From a virus (taxonomy: Duplodnaviria > Caudoviricetes): DNA of 39,999 nt. Shown one piece after another: positions 17,769-25,201 of the stretch (its first letter is position 1; each line of letters begins with the position of its first letter). The notes under the pieces are model-generated. The model worked only from the letters and a program-made list of their open reading frames with translations, had not been told where the DNA came from and made no database searches. The DNA is taken from the IMG/VR virus record IMGVR_UViG_3300037423_000619, positions 1 to 39,999 of that record; one strand, given 5' to 3'. A program made the translations under genes and the position numbers.

Positions 17769-17939
17769 ATGGACAAAACAACCCTCTCGCTCCGCCTTCC
17801 CGCCGACGTGAAAGCGTTCTTGTCGGCCCAGGCAGAGCGAAATGGAAGCAGCCAGAACAGCGAAATCCTGCGGTGCATCCGCGACCGGATGGACCGCGAA
17901 ACGAAAACGGCGACCAGCGAGCCGGCAAGCTCAAACTGA
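17769..17939 (+). CDS. Arc-family repressor (56 aa)
   Basis: MDKTTLSLRLPADVKAFLSAQAERNGSSQNSEILRCIRDRM; GAGGAAAGGA RBS; not in the ORF track. Confidence 0.85.
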   Translation: MDKTTLSLRLPADVKAFLSAQAERNGSSQNSEILRCIRDRMDRETKTATSEPASSN

Positions 17940-18008
17940 TCGCCGTTCTGAAACGAAACCGCCCGGCAAGGCGGCTCCCCAATCAATCATCAAAGCTTGG
18001 AGCACAAG

Positions 18009-18725
18009 ATGATCAAGACGACACATAGCACCGCTGCGGCGGAAATTCCAGCCTTGTCCAGGCGCGGCCTCTTGGCAGGCGCGGCAGCAACAGCTGCCAT
18101 GGCTGCAACGGTCAAGTCGGCGCCGGCCTCCGAAATCTCGCCCGAACTGGAGCGGCTGATCGCGGCGAAGCGCAAGGCGCATGGTGCGTTCGACGACGCG
18201 CTGGAAGCCTACTACGAGATCGAGACGGCGTATTTCAAGGCCCATCGGAAAGAGCTGTTCGTTGATCTCTCGATCGGCGGCGCGCAGTCTTTTCACCCGG
18301 ACTTCGACCGGGATTACTTCCACCACGACGTGCGCAACGACATCATCAAGCGGTACGAGGATCACATCCGCAAGCTGACGGGTCTGGAGAAAATCCACCC
18401 GGTCCTTGCCGCGGAAGCGGCTGACGCCCTGAACTCTGCGCTGATCAAAGACCTTCGCACCTTCCGGCAGGTGCTGCGCGACGAGATCGGCCGTCGCAAG
18501 GCCTTCGGTTTCTGGCAGGTCGAAGAGGCGAAGGAGAAAGCCTCGCGGGCCGATCTGGATGCTTTCACCGACCTCTGCGCCTACCGCTGCACCAACTTCG
18601 CCGAGTTGGCGCGCAAGGCGGAAGTGATCGCGCACTACACCGGCCCACGGTTCGCCGAGATACAGGCCGATGATTTCCGTGTCCTGCTTGCGTCCATGAT
18701 GGACGAGGAAGGCGGTGCAGCATGA
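18009..18725 (+). CDS. Hypothetical protein with twin-arginine-like N-terminus
   Basis: LSRRGLLAGAAATAAMAA; GGAG RBS. Confidence 0.75.
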   Translation: MIKTTHSTAAAEIPALSRRGLLAGAAATAAMAATVKSAPASEISPELERLIAAKRKAHGAFDDALEAYYEIETAYFKAHRKELFVDLSIGGAQSFHPDFDRDYFHHDVRNDIIKRYEDHIRKLTGLEKIHPVLAAEAADALNSALIKDLRTFRQVLRDEIGRRKAFGFWQVEEAKEKASRADLDAFTDLCAYRCTNFAELARKAEVIAHYTGPRFAEIQADDFRVLLASMMDEEGGAA

Positions 18726-18973
18726 GCGCCGCCCAATCTGAAATCGAAGCCCTGCGCGACCTCGAGCCGTTGATCTGCGACGCGGACAACATGCTCGACG
18801 TGTTGATGAGCATGTTGGAGGACCGTTTCAGTTCCAACGGTGACGACAATCTCGTGCTGACGTCGACTGAGCGCGATCGCATCTTCTTCACCGCCTGCGT
18901 CGCGTGCGACATGTCGAGAAAGGTCCGCAAGGCCTTCTATGCCACGGGTCGCAAGAAGGGAGGTGCGGAATGA
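18722..18973 (+). CDS. Hypothetical protein
   Basis: ATGA-coupled early operon gene. Confidence 0.7.
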   Translation: MSAAQSEIEALRDLEPLICDADNMLDVLMSMLEDRFSSNGDDNLVLTSTERDRIFFTACVACDMSRKVRKAFYATGRKKGGAE

Positions 18974-19206
18974 GCACCCCCAAGCAAGACCCCAGGTTCG
19001 AAGCAGTCTGCTCACTGGAAGAGCCGCTAGCCACCGCCACTGACATTTGCAAGGCGCTGGCGTTCATTGCCGAGACAATGAGCAACGATGTCGGCAGTGT
19101 CGTTCAGAGACTGGCATGGCTTGCCATCGGACAGATCGACGAGGCCGAAAAGATCAGGGGCGAGCTGTTCGACTTGACCCATCCCACGAAAGGCGGTGCG
19201 AAATGA
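18970..19206 (+). CDS. Hypothetical protein
   Basis: GGAGG RBS, ATGA coupling. Confidence 0.7.
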   Translation: MSTPKQDPRFEAVCSLEEPLATATDICKALAFIAETMSNDVGSVVQRLAWLAIGQIDEAEKIRGELFDLTHPTKGGAK

Positions 19207-19502
19207 CCGCCGATCTTTCCCCGACGATGCAGGCCATAGCGAACCACATCAACGCCAGCGCCGAGTGCCATCGTCAGTGCGAACTTTCAGATTGGGGTGT
19301 GATCCCGAAAGAATCCGAGTTTGCAGCTTGCGATGCGATGGACGAGGCCTTGGTAGCGGTTTGCGCCGCACGCCCGTTGGCCGAGGACGATCTGAAGGCG
19401 TGGCGGAGGTATCTGCGCTCCGTCGAAGTCGCCAAGCGGATCGAGGGGCAGGATGGGTTGACGGCGCGCGTCGTCGCGGCGCTGATCGGAGGGGAAACCT
19501 GA
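19203..19502 (+). CDS. Hypothetical protein
   Basis: ATGA coupling. Confidence 0.7.
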   Translation: MTADLSPTMQAIANHINASAECHRQCELSDWGVIPKESEFAACDAMDEALVAVCAARPLAEDDLKAWRRYLRSVEVAKRIEGQDGLTARVVAALIGGET

Positions 19503-19744
19503 TGGCCAGCGCCCTTGAACATGCAATGGCCGAGATAGAGCAGAAATGCCTCATCATGGGCGAAGAGTTGTTCGATCTCGGCATTCCGCTCGACGACGCC
19601 ATGAAGGAGTTCTGCGTCAAATTCCTGATGGACCGGTTGTCGGACGGCGCTCGAGAAGCCGTGATCGAGGAAGTCAGGGCCGGTCGCTCGGACGAACTCA
19701 CGCAGCGGATAGCTGACCAGATCGCGCGGAGTGGCCAAGCATGA
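19502..19744 (+). CDS. Hypothetical protein
   Basis: GGAGG RBS, TGATG coupling. Confidence 0.7.
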   Translation: MASALEHAMAEIEQKCLIMGEELFDLGIPLDDAMKEFCVKFLMDRLSDGAREAVIEEVRAGRSDELTQRIADQIARSGQA

Positions 19745-19884
19745 GGCTGATCCGCTCCCTTCGCGCCCTGTATCACGAGACCATGGCTTGGCGGCACCAC
19801 CGCGCTTATCAACGCCACGTCGACCAAGCTGACCGAATGGTTGCTGAAATCCGGCTGGACCGCCTCGCCCGGAGGGCAAGCTGA
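19741..19884 (+). CDS. Hypothetical 47-aa basic protein
   Basis: MRLIRSLRALYHETMAWRHH...; exactly fills the gap with ATGA and TGATG overlaps; not in the ORF track. Confidence 0.65.
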   Translation: MRLIRSLRALYHETMAWRHHRAYQRHVDQADRMVAEIRLDRLARRAS

Positions 19885-20102
19885 TGGCCAGCAGCATGGC
19901 GGAGTACAAGCGCCAGACGCGGGCGCACATCGCCGGCTTGCAAGGACAGGTGACGGCGGCCGAATACAAGGCCGCCCAAGCCGACCAGCGCGCCGAGAGG
20001 GCCGAACGGGCGGAACGGCAGATCGCGATCGAACGCGATATCTGGAAGCACCGCGCGCTGGATGCCGAGGCAGCAGTGAAATCGCTTAGGAGGCCGGAAT
20101 GA
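19884..20102 (+). CDS. Hypothetical coiled-coil protein
   Basis: GGAGG RBS, coupled. Confidence 0.7.
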   Translation: MASSMAEYKRQTRAHIAGLQGQVTAAEYKAAQADQRAERAERAERQIAIERDIWKHRALDAEAAVKSLRRPE

Positions 20103-20392
20103 AGCCGGCCACCTTCGAATCGTTGCCGATGTTCGCCTCCGACCAGCAGATCGCCGAAGCCATCGTCGGTAAGGATAGAGCGCAAAAATGGCTAGCCGAG
20201 CGCCTTCCGACCCTTGCCAAGAAGCCAGGTTTCCCGGCTATTGATGAATTTCACGGCGGGCGCCCGGTCGCTCTCGTCGCCCGATGGTACGAAAACTATC
20301 TCGGAATCGGGTCGACGACAGCCACGGCGCCGCCAGGTAGGGCAGACGCAAGCGCATGGAAGAGCAAGAGCAGATCAAGGCCACAGGCCTGA
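20099..20392 (+). CDS. Putative excisionase/recombination directionality factor
   Basis: Small protein overlapping the integrase start; AlpA/Xis-like IAEAIVG...GFPAID..GGR...VARWY pattern. Confidence 0.6.
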   Translation: MKPATFESLPMFASDQQIAEAIVGKDRAQKWLAERLPTLAKKPGFPAIDEFHGGRPVALVARWYENYLGIGSTTATAPPGRADASAWKSKSRSRPQA

Positions 20393-21591
20393 AATGGATC
20401 AAGCGCGCGAACACCAAGACGCCATTCTGGGTCGCCGACGAGGTTGACGTGAAAAACGGCTATGAGCCGAAGACCGTCAACCTCTCCCATCTTCGCGACC
20501 AGCCGGAAATGCTGAAGGCCAAGTGCAACGCGCTGCAGGCCGACATGATCCTGTGGCGCACGGGGTACCGCGCCGATCCGCTGAAGTTCGACGGCACGCA
20601 TAAGTCTCTGCTCGTGATCTACGAGACGCACCCGAAAAGCCCCTACAAGAAGCTGAAGCCCGGCACGCTCCGGCCCTACAACCACTACCTAAAGCAGTTG
20701 AAAGGCCACATTGGTGCCGTTCGAATCGACGACACGACCGGCGTGGACCTGATGGATTGGCACGATGTCTGGTCCGAAGACGGGCGGTATCTCGCCGCGG
20801 CGACCACATGCCGAGCGGTGCTTTTCTCGGCAGTCGGCTTCGGAATTATGATGCGCCTACCAGGCTGCGCGGAATTGGCGGCTGTCATGAAGGAAACCGC
20901 CAAGAAGCTCCCGCATCCGAAGCCCCGAAATCAGTCGGCGACCGCCGCGCAGATCATTGCTGCCCGCACAGCCGCTCACAAGCATGGCCGGCCGTCGTCG
21001 GCGCTGGCCTACGCGATCTGCTTCGAAACGGTTCTCCGTCTCTGGGATGTCATTGGTCAGTGGTGGCCGATGGATATGGGCGGTATCTCGGAAGTGCTCG
21101 ATGCTGACCGGGATCTGAAATGGTTCGGCCTGCGTTGGGAAGACATCGACGCGGACCTAGTGCTGCACTTCACTCCGTCCAAGACCGTCGACAGCTCGGG
21201 GGCCAGCATTTCCTATTCGCTGAAGAAGGCGCCGATGGTGCTTGAAGAGCTGAAGCATTGGCCGGCCGAAAAACGCAAGGGACCGATCATCGTCTCCGAG
21301 GAAAATGGACTGCCCTGGCGAGCGCAAATCTTCGCGCAGCGCTGGTCGGTCGACAGGAAGGCGGCGGGCCTGCCGGCGACCTTGTGGGCTCGCGATCTGC
21401 GAGCTTCCGGCATCACAGAGGGCAGGGCATCAGGCGCCCGGCTCGACGACGCCAGCAAGGTCGCCGGGCATACCGCGACCAAGACGACGGAGCGCTACGA
21501 CCGCGCCGTTTTGGAGGCCGCTGATCGCTTCGCTGACGCACGCGTCAAGCGCCGTGAACAGAGCGGTAACAGCAGCGGTAACGGGCGGTAA
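20356..21591 (+). CDS. int: Integrase (tyrosine recombinase)
   Basis: ETVLR.WDV (R), PSKT (K), RDLRASG, VAGH, TTERY (Y). Confidence 0.9.
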   Translation: MEEQEQIKATGLKWIKRANTKTPFWVADEVDVKNGYEPKTVNLSHLRDQPEMLKAKCNALQADMILWRTGYRADPLKFDGTHKSLLVIYETHPKSPYKKLKPGTLRPYNHYLKQLKGHIGAVRIDDTTGVDLMDWHDVWSEDGRYLAAATTCRAVLFSAVGFGIMMRLPGCAELAAVMKETAKKLPHPKPRNQSATAAQIIAARTAAHKHGRPSSALAYAICFETVLRLWDVIGQWWPMDMGGISEVLDADRDLKWFGLRWEDIDADLVLHFTPSKTVDSSGASISYSLKKAPMVLEELKHWPAEKRKGPIIVSEENGLPWRAQIFAQRWSVDRKAAGLPATLWARDLRASGITEGRASGARLDDASKVAGHTATKTTERYDRAVLEAADRFADARVKRREQSGNSSGNGR

Positions 21592-21689
21592 CGCGTTTAG
21601 AATTTCGTAAGGGAATTCAACAGGCTGCATAAACCCTGCTTTAACGCGCCTTTAAGGGTAAGTGCTTGTTTTTGTTGGGTAGCGTTACC
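21563..21689. other. Putative attP region
   Basis: GCGGTAAC x3 (21563, 21575, 21585), inverted GTTACC (21684), AT-rich centre, IHF-like taagtgcttgttt. Confidence 0.6.
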
Positions 21690-21700
21690 ATTAAGGGGCC

Positions 21701-21913
21701 ATGAAAGCGACAGCGACTTACGATTCGACGGCCGGCACCTTCACGCTTGAAAAGGGGATATGGAAAGGAACTTTCCCGATCACCGACCTGACGAAGTGGC
21801 TGAATTTCTATCGCGGGCAGATGGAGCGATATCCGGCCCACGCCGCAAACTATGCGCCCGATGTGGAGGCCCTTGAAGCGCTCGCCAGACAGATTGGCGC
21901 GAAATTGCGCTGA
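21701..21913 (+). CDS. Hypothetical protein (70 aa)
   Basis: AAGGGG RBS, plausible globular sequence. Confidence 0.7.
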   Translation: MKATATYDSTAGTFTLEKGIWKGTFPITDLTKWLNFYRGQMERYPAHAANYAPDVEALEALARQIGAKLR

Positions 21914-22214
21914 TCACCGATCACCGCGCCGCCTTCCGGATCATTCGTGTACAAACGAAAGTTGCGGGGAAATGGGATTTCTCGCAAAAAAGTTGCGTCG
22001 AATCCTTGTCAGTAGCGTGACAGGACACTACTTAACAAAAGTTTACCGGCGACTGTCGGGAAGACATAGGTCGGCCCGGCGGTGTTACCAGCACCAACCG
22101 GGCCTGAAAGCAACCACCGAAGCGGTGGAGGAAGTGCACTTGACGTCTAAATGGGACTCCTCCCTCCCCATGTCAAGCACTTTCTCTGCCGCATATTGAC
22201 AGGAATACGTCTAT

Positions 22215-22985
22215 ATGCAGTACGCAATGCAAGTGTTTGAATACGAAGACAACGACGAGTTTCGCGTGATCGACCGGAATGGTGAACCGTGGTTCATCCT
22301 GACGGACGTGGCTAAGCGTCTCGGGATCGGAAATCCTAGCGACGCGGCCTCTCGCCTCGACGACGACGAGAAGGGGGTCGCTACTATCGACACCCTTGGC
22401 GGTAAGCAGGCGGTTAGGATCATCAACGAGTCCGGCCTCTACAGCCTGATTCTGACCAGCCGCAAGCCCGAAGCGAAGCGGTTCAAGAAATGGGTGACGT
22501 CCGAAGTTCTGCCGACCATCCGCAAGACGGGTGGCTACCACGGCAAAATCCCTGCGTTCATCCGCCGCTACAATGCCAACTGGGATCGTGTCGACAACGG
22601 CTATTTCTCCGTGATCTCCGAACTCACCATCCGGCTTTGGGGCCGGTTGGAGCAGGTCGGCCACATCATGGCAGACAAGGCGCCGAACGGTTGCGAAAAC
22701 CGGCCGGACGTTAGCGTTGGCCGGCTCTTTTCTGACTGGCTGAAGAAGAACCATCCGAAACTGGCAACGATGCACAAAATGTACATCCACGTCACGCCGG
22801 AATGGGAGGGCGAGGCTCGGCAGTACCCGAACTCTCTCCTGCATCTGTTCATCGAGTTCGTGGATACCGTCTGGATCCCCGAGCACTCTGAACGCTACTT
22901 CAACACCCGCGACCCTGCCGCGCTTCCTTATCTGCCCCGGCTGCTGCCCAAGCCTGGCAAGGCGCTGCCCGGCAAAGCGGCGTAA
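22215..22985 (+). CDS. BRO-N domain protein with BstA-like C-terminal domain
   Basis: BRO-N: FRVIDRNGEPWF..DVAKRLG, INESGLYSLILTSRKPEAKRFKKWVTSEVLPTIRKTGGY; C-terminus GYFSV..E, PDVSVG, Y.H..P, ARQYP. Confidence 0.85.
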   Translation: MQYAMQVFEYEDNDEFRVIDRNGEPWFILTDVAKRLGIGNPSDAASRLDDDEKGVATIDTLGGKQAVRIINESGLYSLILTSRKPEAKRFKKWVTSEVLPTIRKTGGYHGKIPAFIRRYNANWDRVDNGYFSVISELTIRLWGRLEQVGHIMADKAPNGCENRPDVSVGRLFSDWLKKNHPKLATMHKMYIHVTPEWEGEARQYPNSLLHLFIEFVDTVWIPEHSERYFNTRDPAALPYLPRLLPKPGKALPGKAA

Positions 22986-23209
22986 CAACAGCGCCGCCGT
23001 CAGGGGCAACCTTGGCGGCGGCTTCTCCCTGTGGATAGTAACGGGATATTCACCATGCGTCGGCATCCCGATTGAAGGCGCGAACAGCGGGCCTAAGCTG
23101 GCCTTGCGTCAATTGAGACGCGCCCCCCGCCCAATGCTGGCGGCCGACGCTTTCATGTCCCGGACCCCAAATCCTCGTATGCGTCGGCCGCTGGATTTTT
23201 CAGGCGGGG

Positions 23210-23533
23210 ATGTTCGCGGGGGCGAAGATGCAATGGCTTGAGCGCATAGCGGAACGTATGGCCAGCGGCATCGCCGCGAAGCAGTTCCTCGTTGTTCCTC
23301 CAAGGGAACCACGCTACGAAAGCATCACCTACAGATCGCGGATGGAAGCCGCCCTTTCAGCGGCGATGCCTGGGTACATCTTCACGGTGACCATCGAACA
23401 CCCGCAGCGCCAGGATAAGGAAGACATCTTCATCGAACCCGATGGGATCATTCCCGACTATGAGGATTTCCTATTGCGAGTGATGACTGTCTTGGCTCCG
23501 TTCGTTGCCGATCAGGCGCCTAGGCTCAACTGA
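23210..23533 (+). CDS. Hypothetical protein, paralogue A
   Basis: Shares VVPPR / PGY.F / F.EPDG..PD motifs with the next gene; start uncertain (23210 or 23228). Confidence 0.7.
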   Translation: MFAGAKMQWLERIAERMASGIAAKQFLVVPPREPRYESITYRSRMEAALSAAMPGYIFTVTIEHPQRQDKEDIFIEPDGIIPDYEDFLLRVMTVLAPFVADQAPRLN

Positions 23534-23534
23534 G

Positions 23535-23816
23535 ATGGTACCGCGCCAGCAGGCCACGAACATGATCGTCGTGCCACCTCGCATGTGCCTGGTCACGGCC
23601 GCCTTTGTCGACGACCTGACCGACGATCTGCGCGTGGCGCTGCCCGGCTATCAGTTCCAGATCGTGCCGGACTACATCGGCCGGCACAGCCACGAATTCT
23701 TCGTCGAGCCGGATGGCTGGGTGCCGGATGATGCAGTTGCAGCGCTTCGCAAGGTGCTGGCGCGCTATGGCGACGACAACAAAAAAAGCCCGCCAGCCGA
23801 AGCCAGCGGGCGTTAG
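23535..23816 (+). CDS. Hypothetical protein, paralogue B
   Basis: Same motifs as the previous gene. Confidence 0.7.
   Translation: MVPRQQATNMIVVPPRMCLVTAAFVDDLTDDLRVALPGYQFQIVPDYIGRHSHEFFVEPDGWVPDDAVAALRKVLARYGDDNKKSPPAEASGR
23781..23811 (-). terminator. Intrinsic terminator at the end of the late/lysis operon
   Basis: gcccgc/gcgggc stem followed by T7 on the minus strand. Confidence 0.7.
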
Positions 23817-23869
23817 CAAGGTTGGAGTTGGCGGGAAGGAATGCAGACGGCAGGAGTATGGTTCCACGG

Positions 23870-24268
23870 TCAGCGTGATCGCTTATCCAGTTCGCGCTGC
23901 TGGGCCTGTATCATGGCCGTGAGCGCCGCCATCTGCTGGGCAAGGCCCTGCTGCTGAGTGATGACCTGGCTCATCTGTTCCCGCATGAGCTGCTGAAATT
24001 CCTGCCGCTCCTGCCGGCCGCGATCCTGGTTGATCTCTACCGCCTTTGTGCGATCCTTCAGCATCTGCTGCTCGTTGCCCAAGTCGTTCACGTCCGATCG
24101 GAGCTGCGTCGAGATAGCAGCCTGAGCCTCAAACTGGCTTTCGATCCAGAACCGTCCGAAGAAGATCAGCAGCGTAAGCATGACCGGCGTGGCGAGCATC
24201 GCCAGGCGGGACAGCACGAGCACCGTCTGACTTTCAATGATCGCTTCTTTGGCCGTCGATGCATTCAT
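23870..24268 (-). CDS. Membrane-anchored coiled-coil protein (lysis cassette)
   Basis: One TM helix then a Gln-rich coiled coil; ATGA overlap with the o-spanin. Confidence 0.7.
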   Translation of the reverse strand: MNASTAKEAIIESQTVLVLSRLAMLATPVMLTLLIFFGRFWIESQFEAQAAISTQLRSDVNDLGNEQQMLKDRTKAVEINQDRGRQERQEFQQLMREQMSQVITQQQGLAQQMAALTAMIQAQQRELDKRSR

Positions 24269-24489
24269 GGCTTCCATCCGCACCATTTAACGCCAAGAGC
24301 GTTGTGCTGGTTCATGTCGTCGAGTTCCGGTCGAGTCATTACGGCGAAGACGGCCGCACTCGGACGGATCGGCTTGTTGTTGTCGCACCAGGTCTTGCGC
24401 GGGTCGCTGTCCTTGGTTGTAACGGAACAGCCTGCCGCGAGAGACAAGACCACTAGGCTTGAGCAGAGGAACCTCAACGGCGCACCCAT
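24265..24489 (-). CDS. Putative o-spanin (Rz1-like lipoprotein)
   Basis: Lipobox LAAGC, additional Cys residues, overlaps the 3' end of the i-spanin candidate. Confidence 0.7.
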   Translation of the reverse strand: MGAPLRFLCSSLVVLSLAAGCSVTTKDSDPRKTWCDNNKPIRPSAAVFAVMTRPELDDMNQHNALGVKWCGWKP

Positions 24490-24734
24490 GGAGCCGCCTC
24501 CTTGCGCGCCTGGTCGTCCGTCATCCCGGCTGTCTGCCGCTCGATGTCGGTGGCTTCCCGGTTCATCTCGACGCGATCCTGTGCCGCGGCGAGGTCTTTG
24601 GTGGCCTGCCTATTGCGTTCAGCCCTTGCGCCGGCCAGGCGCTGCTGGAAACCGAAGCCGAGCGCGCCGATGATACCAGCGCCGATCGCCAGCACGGTCG
24701 GGTTGCTGAGAAGCCAGACGATGAGGGCGCTCAC
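24474..24734 (-). CDS. Putative i-spanin (Rz-like)
   Basis: GTG start with GGAG RBS; N-terminal TM then charged helix. Confidence 0.65.
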   Translation of the reverse strand: MSALIVWLLSNPTVLAIGAGIIGALGFGFQQRLAGARAERNRQATKDLAAAQDRVEMNREATDIERQTAGMTDDQARKEAAPWVRR

Positions 24735-24868
24735 AGGAAATGCTCCGCGACGAAGTACCCCGCCATTCCGCCGACGAACAGGAGAGCCAGGATCAGCGCT
24801 ATGAAGGGTAGAATGCGGCCCTTCCCCATCTCCGCCGCAGCCGAAGACGCAAAGCCAGGTCCGATCAT
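24731..24868 (-). CDS. 45-aa single-TM peptide
   Basis: MIGPGF...RILPFIALILALLFVGGMAGYFVAEHFL; ATGA/GTGA overlaps; not in the ORF track. Confidence 0.6.
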   Translation of the reverse strand: MIGPGFASSAAAEMGKGRILPFIALILALLFVGGMAGYFVAEHFL

Positions 24869-24975
24869 AGCCAGATCCCCACGATGACGCCGGCAACGAA
24901 ACACGAGCCGCCGACGATCAAGTAAGGCCTGCTCTGCTCGATGATCTTGGTAAGGACGGACTTCAGATTTTCCAT
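24865..24975 (-). CDS. 36-aa single-TM peptide
   Basis: MENLKSVLTKIIEQSRPYLIVGGSCFVAGVIVGIWL; GAGGAG RBS; not in the ORF track. Confidence 0.65.
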   Translation of the reverse strand: MENLKSVLTKIIEQSRPYLIVGGSCFVAGVIVGIWL

Positions 24976-24976
24976 G

Positions 24977-25201
24977 TCACTTCTCCTCTGCCGGCGGCGG
25001 CGGCGCGATCATGCCTTTCGGCCCGTCGCGGAAGGCGTTGATCAGCAGCTTGGCAAGCGCGAGCGTGCCGCTGATCTGCAAAGCCCGGTGATCGGTGATG
25101 CCGAACATCGTCCAGTCGAAGCCGGCGAGCGCACCCGACGTGATGATGAAGATGAGGGCGTTCAGCACATTGTGCAGGAAGTTCGTGTTGAGCCATTTCA
25201 T
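24977..25201 (-). CDS. Putative holin (2 TM)
   Basis: 74 aa, two hydrophobic segments, directly after the endolysin (ATGA). Confidence 0.65.
   Translation of the reverse strand: MKWLNTNFLHNVLNALIFIITSGALAGFDWTMFGITDHRALQISGTLALAKLLINAFRDGPKGMIAPPPPAEEK

Noticed and set aside
21595-21700. tRNA fragment at attP, or tRNA genes elsewhere
   Set aside because: No T-loop GTTCRA/CCA cloverleaf pattern recognised by eye; tRNAscan-SE would be decisive
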